Assembly (NCBI GenBank): GCA_937892155.1
Contig: CALAUG010000060.1
Span: forward strand, 3,931-67,930
Direction of reading: 5' to 3'
DNA: 64,000 nt
Source of the DNA: an uncultured Bacteroidales bacterium
GTDB taxonomy: Bacteria; Bacteroidota; Bacteroidia; Bacteroidales; UBA1715
Part shown: one piece after another, positions 42,747 to 53,459 of the stretch
Layout: each line of letters starts with the position of its first letter
Position numbering within the stretch: position 1 is the stretch's first letter
Made by a program: the position numbers and the translations under genes
The notes under the pieces: model-generated
Databases searched by the model: none
The model's input: the letters and a program-made list of their open reading frames with translations, nothing else
What the model was told of the DNA's origin: nothing

Positions 42747-44855
42747 ATGCAGATGCTCTTTCCAAACAAAAAACACGTAGTATTTTTCATTACCATGCTG
42801 TTGTCGCTATCTGCATCGGCACAGACTATCCAACAAATTTTTTCGGACAATTCCGAAGCGAACAAAGCTTTTATGCAATCCACCATCGTTACGGTTGACA
42901 CAACGGATTTTTCTGTTGCCGATTTTCTGTGGTTTTATGGAAAATATGCTTCGTATGACGAAAACGCACAATCTGTTGAATCTTATTTAGATAAATTCGT
43001 TGAATACAAAATAAAAGTTGCCGAAGCAGAAAATCTTCAGCTTGACAGCACCCAAGCCTTTAAAGATGAATTTTTCAAATACTTAAAAATGACAGCCCAC
43101 GACAGAATGTACGACGGGGCAGAAAAAATGCGCGATGACTACGTAAAACTTGAATACGACCGTCTGCACTGGGATTACGAAGTTGCTCACATTTTCATAA
43201 AATCAAATCGGTACGATGCGCCCAAAGACACACTGGCTGCATACCAGAAAATGCTGAATATTCAAAAAGAATTGAATGCTGGTAAACCTTTTGAAGTTTG
43301 TGTTCAAGAATATTCCGACGACAATTTAAGCAAGCAATACAATGGGAATGTTGGCTACGTAACCGCTATGGTTTCTCCATACGAATATGAAGAAACATTG
43401 TATCGCATGGAAGTCGGTCAAGTTGCGACAACACGAACGTTGGAAGGTTGGTATTTCATTAAAGTGCTGAACAAACGTGAAACAAAAGGCGCTGTTGACG
43501 CGGCAATTATTATGATATATCCACAGGCAGAAGATTCTGTTGGGTGGAACAACGCAAAACTCACAATAGACTCTGTTTACGAGCAACTGCAAAACGGCGT
43601 TTCGTTTGAAACATTAAGCACGCAATATAACACCAACGAACGACTGGTAGAGAACAACGGATTGATTGGGCTGATAGACAACGGCATGCCTTACAGCAAA
43701 GAAATCAAGGAGACTTTATTTAATCTTGAGCACGATGGAGATTACTCTAAACCAATACAACTTCCGTATGGTTATGCAATTGTAAAACGCCGTTGGCAAC
43801 TTCCATTACCAGGTTTTGAAGCATACAAAACTGGTTACGAGAAACGTATTGCCGCAGATAAAAGCCGCTGCAGATGGGTTGACGACGTTTACGTTGAAAA
43901 AATGAAAAAAGACCTCAACTTTACAGTTTGGAACGACGCATTGGAAAATCATTGTCTTCCTTTAGTTGATGCGTCAATTCTATTAGGCAAATGGGCAATA
44001 CCAACATATCCTAAAACTGATGTTGTGTTGTTTGATATTGCAGGCGAACATTACGGTCGTCAAGATTTTTTTGAGTATTTACAAGCAATACAGAAAAATC
44101 GTCTGCCGGAAGTGCACGACAAAGATATGTTGGTAAGACTGCGTTTTGAAGATTATATTACCCGTCGTTTGGAATTTGCCACACTGAAAAAAATGCAAAA
44201 CTGCGACAAAGAATTTCAATACACTATGCAAGAATATCACGATGGAATGATTGTATATGATTTGGTTAATCAGGAAATTATACAAGAAGCAGAACGCGAT
44301 TCAGTTGGAATGAAATTCTATTTTAACCAACATCGTGAAAACTATATGACAGCAAATCGGACAGTGAGCGCTTGGATTTACATAAAAAATTCCAAATTGC
44401 ACGATAAAGTTCTAGAGATGCTCTACGAACAACAAGATTGGTATTACTGGCATGATAACAAAACTAAATATGCCGAAAAAATGGAACACTATAAAAATAT
44501 TGGTTCGCCGCAGTTATATATTTTGGACGTAATAAATTCTAAAAAAGCAAAATCAATTGATGTTGATACGAAAGAGCCGTTGATTTCGCCTAACGATGTC
44601 ATTCTCAAGAAGTGCGGCCCTGAAGATGCGCCAAGGGAATGTATCATGCCTAATAAGATTGCTGATTTTGTTGATTCGCTTCATGTGGCGTATTACGATT
44701 TAGCAAGTCGCCAACAAACGTACGAAGAAGCCAAAGGACAATTGACGCTTGACTATCAAAAAGAACTGGAAAAACTATGGCTACAAGCACTAAAAAAACG
44801 TCATACATTTGAACTACATCAGGAAGTTGCAGAAAAAGTAAAACAGATTTTATGA
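42747..44855 (+). CDS. large periplasmic peptidylprolyl isomerase/chaperone (PpiC/parvulin-type domains)
   Basis: Start placed at MQMLFPNKKHVVFFITMLLSLSASAQ (signal peptide). Parvulin-like segments are present (GWYFIKV, YGYAIVK). Confidence 0.7.
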   Translation: MQMLFPNKKHVVFFITMLLSLSASAQTIQQIFSDNSEANKAFMQSTIVTVDTTDFSVADFLWFYGKYASYDENAQSVESYLDKFVEYKIKVAEAENLQLDSTQAFKDEFFKYLKMTAHDRMYDGAEKMRDDYVKLEYDRLHWDYEVAHIFIKSNRYDAPKDTLAAYQKMLNIQKELNAGKPFEVCVQEYSDDNLSKQYNGNVGYVTAMVSPYEYEETLYRMEVGQVATTRTLEGWYFIKVLNKRETKGAVDAAIIMIYPQAEDSVGWNNAKLTIDSVYEQLQNGVSFETLSTQYNTNERLVENNGLIGLIDNGMPYSKEIKETLFNLEHDGDYSKPIQLPYGYAIVKRRWQLPLPGFEAYKTGYEKRIAADKSRCRWVDDVYVEKMKKDLNFTVWNDALENHCLPLVDASILLGKWAIPTYPKTDVVLFDIAGEHYGRQDFFEYLQAIQKNRLPEVHDKDMLVRLRFEDYITRRLEFATLKKMQNCDKEFQYTMQEYHDGMIVYDLVNQEIIQEAERDSVGMKFYFNQHRENYMTANRTVSAWIYIKNSKLHDKVLEMLYEQQDWYYWHDNKTKYAEKMEHYKNIGSPQLYILDVINSKKAKSIDVDTKEPLISPNDVILKKCGPEDAPRECIMPNKIADFVDSLHVAYYDLASRQQTYEEAKGQLTLDYQKELEKLWLQALKKRHTFELHQEVAEKVKQIL

Positions 44856-45703
44856 AACAATACATTTTACATATAGGCTTTATTATGACCCTCCTATTCT
44901 TAGGCGTTTCGTGCAATAGAGACTCACAGGAACAGAAAAAAATCATAGCAAAAACCGACACACAGGTATTATTACAGGACGAAATCATCGCAGCAATGCC
45001 TCTGTCACTTTCGGCAGAAGATAGTGTTGCCTTTGTTAAAAGTTACGTGGAAAATTGGCTACATTTCGCACTGCTATACGAAAAAGCATGTGACAACATT
45101 TCCGACAACGACAGCTCATTATCGCAACGAGTTGACCGGTTTAAAAAGGAATTATACATCAATCAATACGAACAATTGTTTCTTCAACAAAAATTGGACA
45201 CATTGATTCCACAAACAGCAATAGATGAATATTATAAAAAACACAAAGACGAATATGTTTTGGAACGTCCTGTTGTAAAGCCAATCTTGATAGTTTTTCC
45301 TCAACAACAAAGCAACGATATTGAAATTGTGGACAAACTGTTTTTCTCAAAAAAAGAAACCGACTTTGATGAATTAAAGGACTATTGTTTTAAACGCTGT
45401 CAAAAGTTCTATTTTTCCGACGAATGGGTAGAACTAGAAGCCGTGAAAGCAGAACTACCGTTTGATGTGCGAAACGAAAATCTTACAATAGGAAAATCAT
45501 TTAAATTCACAGATTCGCTCAATGTCTATTTTGTAAAAATAAACGAACAACTTGGCACAGGGAATCGGATGCCACTGGAGTTGGCACACGACAAAATAGC
45601 TAAAATAATTCTTCAAACACGAAAAATTGAATTGCTTAAAACTATGAGAAACAAAGTATACCAAGATGCAGAACATAGAAAGCAATTTGAGGTATTTTAT
45701 TAA
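44852..45703 (+). CDS. lipoprotein, SurA-N/PpiD-like chaperone domain (tentative)
   Basis: 283 aa with a lipobox (LFLGVSC), sandwiched between two PPIase genes. Confidence 0.5.
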   Translation: MKQYILHIGFIMTLLFLGVSCNRDSQEQKKIIAKTDTQVLLQDEIIAAMPLSLSAEDSVAFVKSYVENWLHFALLYEKACDNISDNDSSLSQRVDRFKKELYINQYEQLFLQQKLDTLIPQTAIDEYYKKHKDEYVLERPVVKPILIVFPQQQSNDIEIVDKLFFSKKETDFDELKDYCFKRCQKFYFSDEWVELEAVKAELPFDVRNENLTIGKSFKFTDSLNVYFVKINEQLGTGNRMPLELAHDKIAKIILQTRKIELLKTMRNKVYQDAEHRKQFEVFY

Positions 45704-45707
45704 AAAC

Positions 45708-47036
45708 ATGAAAATGAGCATAAAAAAATTATTTGCAATAGTTTTTGCAACAATAGGATTCAGTATTCAAGCAAACTCGCAAGTTTTGGATCAAATTATT
45801 GTCGTTGTTGGCGACGATATGATAAAGCTTTCAGACATTGAAAATCAGCAGATGCTATTGGAACAGCAAGGCGAGAAATCGGATAAATGCAGCATTTTCA
45901 AAGAAATGATAATGCAAAAACTGCTCGTTGACCAAGCAAAAATCGATAGTGTTGAAGTATCTGATGCCGAGACAAATGCAGAAATTGACAGAAGAATTAA
46001 AATCATTTCCGGACAAAAAGGTGGACTAGAACAACTGGAATCATTTTACGAAAAAACAGAAATGGAAATCCGCAACGATTGGAAACCAGTTATTAAAGAT
46101 CAGCTATTGGCGCAAAAAGTTCAGAATACTATTATTGGCGAAGTTGAAGTTTCGCCAAACGATGTTCGCACATTCTTCAACAAAAATCAGGGTACAATGC
46201 CATTGATTCCGACACGCTATGAATATGCTCAAATCGTTATCAAACCAACAACATCGGCAGAAGCCGACAAGGCACTCCGTCAAAAAATGGAAGAAATTAG
46301 AGAACGTGCCGTCAACGGCGAAAACTTTTCAAAACTTGCAATTCTCTATAGCGACGACACTGAATCGGCAAAAATGGGTGGACTATTAGGAGATTATCTT
46401 TCACGCGGCGAACTTGTTCCTGAATTTGCTGCAGCGGCTTTTCGACTAAAAGAAGGAGAAATTTCACGAGTAGTTAAAACCGATTTCGGATACCACATCA
46501 TACAAATGGTAGAATTAAAAGGAGAAAAAGCAAAATTAAAACACATTTTGCTTAAACCACAAGTTAGCGTCGGCGAGATGCAGAAGGCATTCGCAAAAGC
46601 CGACAGCGTACGTAAAGCAATAGGTGATTCACTTTCGTTTGAACAGGCTGCAATAAAATTTTCATCAGACGACAAGACAAAACACAACGGAGGTTTATGT
46701 ATGAATCCCTATACTGGGACACCCAAATTTGAGGAAGAAATGATAGAACCAACAACTTGGTACACATTGAAATCCATGAAAGAAGGCGAAATTTCCGAGC
46801 CTATTCTCACATACGACGACAAAGGAACGCAAGTATATAAAATACTCAAACTTGTATCTGCTTCTAAAGAACACCAGGCAACTCTATTAGACGATTACTC
46901 CGATGTAAAAGAAATGGCATTGGAAGCAAAGAAAGAATCGACACTGAACAAATGGATGAACACGAAACTGAAACAAATTTTTGTGTCCATAAAAAGTGAA
47001 GATTTCAACAATTGCGACCTGCAATTTGAAGAATAA
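45708..47036 (+). CDS. surA: SurA-like periplasmic peptidylprolyl isomerase
   Basis: Start placed at MKMSIKKLFAIVFA (signal peptide), with a parvulin motif (FGYHIIQMVE). Confidence 0.75.
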   Translation: MKMSIKKLFAIVFATIGFSIQANSQVLDQIIVVVGDDMIKLSDIENQQMLLEQQGEKSDKCSIFKEMIMQKLLVDQAKIDSVEVSDAETNAEIDRRIKIISGQKGGLEQLESFYEKTEMEIRNDWKPVIKDQLLAQKVQNTIIGEVEVSPNDVRTFFNKNQGTMPLIPTRYEYAQIVIKPTTSAEADKALRQKMEEIRERAVNGENFSKLAILYSDDTESAKMGGLLGDYLSRGELVPEFAAAAFRLKEGEISRVVKTDFGYHIIQMVELKGEKAKLKHILLKPQVSVGEMQKAFAKADSVRKAIGDSLSFEQAAIKFSSDDKTKHNGGLCMNPYTGTPKFEEEMIEPTTWYTLKSMKEGEISEPILTYDDKGTQVYKILKLVSASKEHQATLLDDYSDVKEMALEAKKESTLNKWMNTKLKQIFVSIKSEDFNNCDLQFEE

Positions 47037-47039
47037 CGA

Positions 47040-47756
47040 ATGTCAGATATTTTTCATAGAACGGAATTAATGTTGGGAAAGGAGGCTGTTGCCAAATTTT
47101 CTAACTTAAAAGTCATTATTTTCGGACTCGGCGGTGTTGGAAGTTGGTGTATTGAATGTCTTGTCAGGACTGGCTTTACGAACATCACTTTGGTTGACTA
47201 TGATACAATCTCTGTTACCAACATAAATCGTCAACTTCCAGCAACAACCAAAACGGTTGGACAATTGAAAACCGATGTTTTAAAAGAACGTTTTTTAGAA
47301 ATAAATCCAGAGGCACAGATTTTCATTCGTTCAGAAGCGTATTCCCCAGATAACTGCGAATCGTTTCATTTGGACGAATTTGATGTCATTATTGATTGTA
47401 TTGATAGTATGAATTGTAAAATGCATTTGATTCGTGAAGCAACGAAAACCGATGCGTTTTTCATTTCATCGATGGGAGCTGCATTAAAAATTGATCCACT
47501 GCAAATCCGCGTTGATGAATTTTGGGACGTCCACTACGATTTATTTGCACGAAGACTACGGAAAAACATACGTAAAGGGGAACTACCGCACAAGCCATTC
47601 CCTTGCGTATATAGTTTGGAACAGACAATGGAAGGTTCCGAAGTACAGGAAGTCAACGGAGAAAAGAAACGAATAAACGGCTCTACCGCACACGTTACCG
47701 CAATGTTTGGAATTACCATTGCGGGAGAAATTGTAAAACATTTTTTACAAATATGA
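47040..47756 (+). CDS. tcdA: tRNA threonylcarbamoyladenosine dehydratase (ThiF/E1-like)
   Basis: 238 aa with GLGGVGSW Rossmann motif and LVDYD. Confidence 0.8.
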   Translation: MSDIFHRTELMLGKEAVAKFSNLKVIIFGLGGVGSWCIECLVRTGFTNITLVDYDTISVTNINRQLPATTKTVGQLKTDVLKERFLEINPEAQIFIRSEAYSPDNCESFHLDEFDVIIDCIDSMNCKMHLIREATKTDAFFISSMGAALKIDPLQIRVDEFWDVHYDLFARRLRKNIRKGELPHKPFPCVYSLEQTMEGSEVQEVNGEKKRINGSTAHVTAMFGITIAGEIVKHFLQI

Positions 47757-47757
47757 T

Positions 47758-48903
47758 ATGGCTTTGATTATTGTTATTTTGGTATTCTTTGCTTTACTGC
47801 TTGCTCCTGACATATATATCTTTGGGTTATTATTCCCCAATACCGATTTCAAAATTCAACACGTATTGTATTTCGCTCCACAACTAATAATTGTCGGACT
47901 TACAATTATTTTCCTATTAGAAACAAATCAAACAATAAAATTCCGTCACGTAGGATATTCTATGTTCGCATTATTATGCCTGCAATTACCCAAATTGATT
48001 TTTACAATCTGCTCGCTTATTGGGAAACTGGGAACGTTGATACACATACCTATTCTACCATTTAACGTCATAGGTATTGTGTTAGGTCTCACAATCTTAG
48101 TCGCGCTGATTTGGGGTTGGCATGATTTATATCGTTTTGAAGTCAAACAGGTTGAATTTAAATCAAAAGATATTCCTCAAGCATTTGACGGATACACCAT
48201 TGTACATCTTTCGGATATGCATATAGGTTCGTGGAATCGGAATGGTACACAATTGTCAAAAGCTATAGAATTGATAAACAACCAGCATCCTGATGCGATA
48301 TTGTTTACTGGAGATTTAGTAAATAATCTACCCAGCGAATTAGATACAGTTTACTCAATATTGAGAAAATTACAGACAAAAGACGGTATATATTCAGTGC
48401 TTGGGAACCACGATTACGCATGCTACGTTGCCTGCGACAGAAAAGCAGAATTGGCAAAACTGATAGAAAAAGAGAAAAATTTAGGATGGAATTTACTTAT
48501 GAACGAGCACGCAATCATACAAAAAGGTAATGACAGCATTGCAATTCTCGGCGTTGAAAATCAAGGGAAACCACCATTCCCGCATCTTGGAAATTTACCC
48601 AAAGCTCTGGCAGGAACCGAAGGTATGTTCCGTATTTTATTAAGCCACGATCCAACACATTGGCGCGAAGAAGTCGTGCCGCAAACCGACATTCAACTCA
48701 CACTTTCTGGGCACACACACGCATCGCAGGTTGATTTTCCTTTTTGGTCTCCGTCAAAAGGTATTTATCCAGAATTTCGAGGATTATATACCGAAGGAAA
48801 TCAATCTCTATACGTGAATATTGGTTTAGGATTTACGTTCTTCCCTATAAGAATTGGAACACGACCAGAAATAACGGTAATTAAATTAGGAATTATGAAT
48901 TAG
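47758..48903 (+). CDS. membrane-anchored metallophosphoesterase
   Basis: 381 aa with N-terminal transmembrane helices, then LSDMHIG, TGDLVN, GNHD and GHTH motifs. Confidence 0.8.
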   Translation: MALIIVILVFFALLLAPDIYIFGLLFPNTDFKIQHVLYFAPQLIIVGLTIIFLLETNQTIKFRHVGYSMFALLCLQLPKLIFTICSLIGKLGTLIHIPILPFNVIGIVLGLTILVALIWGWHDLYRFEVKQVEFKSKDIPQAFDGYTIVHLSDMHIGSWNRNGTQLSKAIELINNQHPDAILFTGDLVNNLPSELDTVYSILRKLQTKDGIYSVLGNHDYACYVACDRKAELAKLIEKEKNLGWNLLMNEHAIIQKGNDSIAILGVENQGKPPFPHLGNLPKALAGTEGMFRILLSHDPTHWREEVVPQTDIQLTLSGHTHASQVDFPFWSPSKGIYPEFRGLYTEGNQSLYVNIGLGFTFFPIRIGTRPEITVIKLGIMN

Positions 48904-48905
48904 TT

Positions 48906-49805
48906 ATGTGGATTCCGTTAGTCATTTGTTCAGCAATTTTCCTTGGCGTTTACGACATTTTCAAAAAAATGTCGGTAAAAGAAAATGTCGTTGTTTTAGT
49001 ATTGCTCATATCATCTGCAACATCGCTATTAATTTTTCTACCGCTTATTGGTATTTCACTATTCTCGCCTGAGACATTGCAGAATTCAATGTTTTTCGTT
49101 CCATTTACGAATTGGCATAATCAATTTTTAATTTTTATAAAGAGCATCATTGTGCTGTCGTCGTGGATTTTTTCTTTTTATGCGATGAAACATTTGCCGA
49201 TTTCCATTGTTGGTCCGATTCGCTCGTCAGCACCAATGTGGACACTAATTGGTGCCGTTTTGATACTCCACGAAACACTGAATGTTTATCAATGGACAGG
49301 AATACTGCTCATCATTATAAGTTTGTTCCTCTATTCTATTTTGGGTAAGAAAGAAGGTATACATTTCACGCACAACATCTGGATTCTGTTCATCTTTTTA
49401 GGAACAATTATAGGTTCAATCAGTGCATTATTTGACAAATATTTGATAGCACAATGTGGTATCCCAAAAATGGAAGTTCAAGCCTATTTTTCTGTCTATC
49501 AATTCCTTCTAATGATTCCCATAGTGATGATTTTGTGGTATCCAAAACGAAAAGAAAAGATTTTTGTATGGAGGTGGACAATACCACTTATTGGTATTTT
49601 TTTAGTAATCGCAGACTTCTTCTATTATTATGCAATCAGCATTCCTGGAGCACTGATAGCAGTTATTTCGGCAATACGACGAAGTAATGTGCTTATTTCA
49701 TTTCTTGCTGGAGCTTATATTTTTAAAGAAAAAAACATTCTCAAAAAAGGTCTGGTATTAATTGGTGTGTTGATGGGTATTTATATTCTATATGTTGGAA
49801 AATAA
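48906..49805 (+). CDS. EamA/DMT-family transporter
   Basis: 299 aa with 10 predicted transmembrane segments in two repeated halves. Confidence 0.7.
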   Translation: MWIPLVICSAIFLGVYDIFKKMSVKENVVVLVLLISSATSLLIFLPLIGISLFSPETLQNSMFFVPFTNWHNQFLIFIKSIIVLSSWIFSFYAMKHLPISIVGPIRSSAPMWTLIGAVLILHETLNVYQWTGILLIIISLFLYSILGKKEGIHFTHNIWILFIFLGTIIGSISALFDKYLIAQCGIPKMEVQAYFSVYQFLLMIPIVMILWYPKRKEKIFVWRWTIPLIGIFLVIADFFYYYAISIPGALIAVISAIRRSNVLISFLAGAYIFKEKNILKKGLVLIGVLMGIYILYVGK

Positions 49806-49849
49806 ATTTGAGTGAATTGCTCAAAATTTCAGAATTTAGTTATTCCCTA

Positions 49850-51763
49850 TCACTTTTTTGACTTCCAAATAAGACTTGAGCCGTTTACATACTCTATCTT
49901 GCCTTTGTCCAACAAATATTTGATGACATTTGTCAATTGTTTTTCATCGCGAATTGATGAATTTCTTATAATATCGGTAAGTGTAGCAGGTTGAGAACCA
50001 ATTTGTTTCTTGAGGTCCTCAACAACATAATCGAACTGCAAGGAACTAAGATCAACCTCATTACGAGTTTGGCACACATCGCATTTTCCGCAACGCATCT
50101 TGGCATTTTCACCAAAATACTCCAACAATTGAATACTACGACATTTATTGTCGCTCGTTACATAATGAATAATTGCCTGTAAACGTTTACGTTGCCGCTC
50201 CTGTCTTTCGCGCAGTCGTTTTTCATCAAACTGAATATAACGCGATTCAAAACGATCTTCATTAAACACAACTATTGGATTTTGTTTTGCAAGAACGTAC
50301 GAGACAATATTTATTTTAGCCAAGTAACTCAAATAATGCTTAATTTCATCAACTGTCAAACCCGATTTACGAGCAAGTTCGGCTTCGTATATATTTGTCG
50401 GTTCCGTTAACAAACCGGAATAATTTCGAAGCAACAATTGTATAAACGGATCTATGTCGGCGTGTTCTACCTGGAAACGATAAAGTTCGTTCCGATTTAG
50501 TAAAATCTGAAGTTTTGATGTAGCTTCCTCAATTTCTGTTGATACAAGCAGACCTTCCTCCTCTAATATTTTTAAACTATTTGCCGTTTCCACAAAAGGC
50601 AACTGAAATTTTCGGCAAAATTCTATCAAATCAAAATCATAGGCCTGACCAGTTCCTTCGCCCATAGCAATGCCACAATAATTTCCAAGTGCATCGTATA
50701 CAGAACGGACAAAATCAAGCGAAGGATATTTTTTTTCAAAATTATCTTGAAGTTTTTGAATATCAGACTGATTGTACAATAATACCGCAAATGAATCCTT
50801 CTCGTCACGGCCAGCACGACCAGCTTCCTGAAAATATGCCTCCAACGATTCCGGAATATTAAGATGAACGACAAAACGAACATCGGGTTTGTCAATTCCC
50901 ATACCAAAAGCATTGGTAGAAACCATTATTTCATTTGGCGTTTTCATCCAAATTTCCTGTTTTTTTGTTCGCGTTGCACCGTCCAAACCACCGTGATAAA
51001 AATCGGCAACGAAGCCATTCTGCTGCAAAACGTATGCAATTTCTTTTGTTTCCTTTCGAGTAGCAACATATACGATTCCTGTTCCTTTGGTTTGCGTGCA
51101 TATTTTCAGCAATTCGCCTATTTTATCATTTTTTTCCTTTACGAGATACGTCAAGTTCCTTCTCTCGAAGCTCTTTGACAAAGAATGTAATTCCTTAAAA
51201 TGTAATTTCTCCTGAATATCGACTACAACATCAGGAGTCGCTGTTGCAGTAAGTGCAAGTATAGGAACCTTAGGAATAAATTCGCGTATATTGGCAATTT
51301 CCAAATACGATGGACGGAAATCGTATCCCCATTGCGAAATACAATGTGATTCGTCTATTGCAAGCAAATTTACATTCAGCTGTGATAATACATTTAAAAA
51401 TTGCTTGGTTTTCAGTCGTTCTGGAGAAATATACAAGAATTTATAATCGCCTAAAATACAATTAGTAAATGCCTGTTCTATTGCTTTTCTCGACATTCCC
51501 GAATAAATCGCCACAGCTTTAATATTACGACGTTTTAGGTTGTCAACCTGATCCTTCATCAGTGCAATCAATGGAGTGACCACGATACAAATTCCAGGTT
51601 TAGATAATGCGGCAACTTGAAACGTAATAGATTTACCGCCGCCTGTAGGCATCAGTCCCAACGTATCAGTTCCTTTGCAGACACTTTCTATAATTTCCTG
51701 CTGCAAAGGGCGGAATTTTGCATAGCCCCAATATTGTTGTAATATTTTTTCGTATTCGGTCAT
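49850..51763 (-). CDS. recQ: ATP-dependent DNA helicase RecQ
   Basis: 637 aa with FRPLQQEII, MPTGGGKS and DESHCISQWGYDFRPSY motifs, a zinc-binding Cys cluster, and a C-terminal HRDC-like region. Confidence 0.92.
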   Translation of the reverse strand: MTEYEKILQQYWGYAKFRPLQQEIIESVCKGTDTLGLMPTGGGKSITFQVAALSKPGICIVVTPLIALMKDQVDNLKRRNIKAVAIYSGMSRKAIEQAFTNCILGDYKFLYISPERLKTKQFLNVLSQLNVNLLAIDESHCISQWGYDFRPSYLEIANIREFIPKVPILALTATATPDVVVDIQEKLHFKELHSLSKSFERRNLTYLVKEKNDKIGELLKICTQTKGTGIVYVATRKETKEIAYVLQQNGFVADFYHGGLDGATRTKKQEIWMKTPNEIMVSTNAFGMGIDKPDVRFVVHLNIPESLEAYFQEAGRAGRDEKDSFAVLLYNQSDIQKLQDNFEKKYPSLDFVRSVYDALGNYCGIAMGEGTGQAYDFDLIEFCRKFQLPFVETANSLKILEEEGLLVSTEIEEATSKLQILLNRNELYRFQVEHADIDPFIQLLLRNYSGLLTEPTNIYEAELARKSGLTVDEIKHYLSYLAKINIVSYVLAKQNPIVVFNEDRFESRYIQFDEKRLRERQERQRKRLQAIIHYVTSDNKCRSIQLLEYFGENAKMRCGKCDVCQTRNEVDLSSLQFDYVVEDLKKQIGSQPATLTDIIRNSSIRDEKQLTNVIKYLLDKGKIEYVNGSSLIWKSKK

Positions 51764-51851
51764 ACGGTTGTTTTAAACCTTTGGCAAGATAAGAAAAACA
51801 TCAAATAGAAATATTTGTATTCAACAAAAAAAGAATTTAGACTAAAAAATG

Positions 51852-51859
51852 TAGTTTTG
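51852..51859 (+). promoter_or_regulatory. putative -7 promoter box
   Basis: TAGTTTTG, 17 nt upstream of the ATG at 51876. Confidence 0.4.
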
Positions 51860-51875
51860 CGTTACTGTTAGCATA

Positions 51876-53042
51876 ATGAGAAAATGGTTACTCCATATTT
51901 TATCGCTTCTACCCGCAACTATTGCATTTGCGGGTAATGGAGACATTGCGTTTCCCATTACAAACAACCCGCTTCCGCACGATACTTTACGTATTTTGAT
52001 GATTGGCAATAGTTTTACCGATGATGCCGCGCAGTACATTGGAGACATTGTAAAAAATTCAGGTATTGATGAAAAAACTTGTTGCTTATATACAATTACG
52101 CAAGGTGGAGCGCAATTACAAACATGGGACAACAACTATAAAAGCCAAACAACTGTCACAATGTACAGAAGAGCTGGGAAATATGCCATGCAATACACAC
52201 GAGGAACGTTAGAGGAATTATTGCATCAAAATTGGGACGTTGTTTCATTGCAACAAGTCTCAAATCATTCCAACGATTTGAGTACATTCTCTCCTTATTT
52301 AGAGGAACTTGTTTCGTACATTAAAAGAGATTGCACCAACGAACATGTAGCATTTTGTTGGCACATGGCGTGGTCGTATTGGTCTGGACATAAAGGAAAC
52401 GTGCCAAAAGAAGAAAGTGGTTGGAAAAGTATCGTATCTACGGTTGACAAAATGACCAACAAATATGGCATTGACATCATTATACCATCGGGAACTGCAA
52501 TTCAAAACGCAAGAAATACAAATTTAAAAACAGATAAATCTCTTACCCGCGACGGTTACCACATAGACTATGGTATTGGCAGATATATCGTCGCTTGCAC
52601 TCTGTTTGAAAGTTTATTTGAACCTGTCTATGGGATATCGATTTTGGGAAACAATTCCAAGCCGAACATTCCCGATTACGACAAAGAAAAGTATGCTAAT
52701 GTAATTGAACTAACAGAAGAAAACACCAATATGGCACAAATTTGTGCATACGAAGCTGTACAAAACTGGCGAGAGTTGTTTTATAAAAAAAAAACAGCAC
52801 AAGAAGTGGTAATATTTCCAAATCCAACAAAAGGAGACATTCTCGTTTATAATAACGATTCGGAAGAATCCGACCACACTCAGTTTATGGTTACCGATAT
52901 GTTGGGAAACATCGTTTTTAATGAGATTCGACCAAATGAAAACACAATATATCTCAATATTTCCACCCTTCCTAAGGGTTTATATCTGCTGTCTGTTATT
53001 AGAAACAAGAAAAGGGAAAATATACGTTTTGAAAAAATCTAA
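51876..53042 (+). CDS. DUF4886/SGNH-hydrolase-like secreted protein with a T9SS C-terminal sorting domain
   Basis: 388 aa with a signal peptide, ILMIGNSFTDDA (SGNH block I-like), and a C-terminal VVIFPNPTKGDILVY...LSVIRN sorting-domain pattern. Confidence 0.65.
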   Translation: MRKWLLHILSLLPATIAFAGNGDIAFPITNNPLPHDTLRILMIGNSFTDDAAQYIGDIVKNSGIDEKTCCLYTITQGGAQLQTWDNNYKSQTTVTMYRRAGKYAMQYTRGTLEELLHQNWDVVSLQQVSNHSNDLSTFSPYLEELVSYIKRDCTNEHVAFCWHMAWSYWSGHKGNVPKEESGWKSIVSTVDKMTNKYGIDIIIPSGTAIQNARNTNLKTDKSLTRDGYHIDYGIGRYIVACTLFESLFEPVYGISILGNNSKPNIPDYDKEKYANVIELTEENTNMAQICAYEAVQNWRELFYKKKTAQEVVIFPNPTKGDILVYNNDSEESDHTQFMVTDMLGNIVFNEIRPNENTIYLNISTLPKGLYLLSVIRNKKRENIRFEKI

Positions 53043-53459
53043 TTAGTTTTTACCCTTAAAGACAAAACGTACCATTAGGAAATTAATCGGGACAACAATA
53101 ATATACACAAACAGTGGTGCAATTGTTGACGACAGACCAAGCCACAAAAATAAATTCAAAAACAAAATATGCAAGCCGTAATTCACGGCGTGAGCTATGC
53201 CAAATCCAAACCCTTTTTTTAACGAAGGCTTCTCGTGAAATGTAAAATATGCCGAAAGGAAAAAATTTCCGAAGAAACTAACAACATAACCAATCGTATA
53301 ATCAATATTCAGCCATAACTCAGTTTGCGGAGAAACAAATTCTTTTAAAACATAATAAATTCCGTAATGAATAAGGGTGGCAACAAAGCCAACACAAGCC
53401 CAACGGAAAAACTCCATAAGCTTTTGATTTGAAAGTATTTTTGTAATGAACTGCTGCAT
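53043..53459 (-). CDS. GtrA-family membrane protein
   Basis: Start placed at MQQFITKIL, overlapping the upstream stop as TAATG. It has four transmembrane helices and the FFRWACVGFVATLIHYGIYY motif. Confidence 0.75.
   Translation of the reverse strand: MQQFITKILSNQKLMEFFRWACVGFVATLIHYGIYYVLKEFVSPQTELWLNIDYTIGYVVSFFGNFFLSAYFTFHEKPSLKKGFGFGIAHAVNYGLHILFLNLFLWLGLSSTIAPLFVYIIVVPINFLMVRFVFKGKN

Noticed and set aside
42747-47036. Three consecutive PPIase/chaperone genes, considered as a possibly unusual array
   Set aside because: Tandem SurA/PpiC-type periplasmic chaperone genes are a common, conserved arrangement in Bacteroidota, so this is not novel.
49806-49830. Hairpin TTTGAG-N7-CTCAAA between the convergent EamA and recQ genes
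   Set aside because: It has only a 6-bp stem with a poor U-tract. It may be a weak bidirectional terminator but is not well enough supported.
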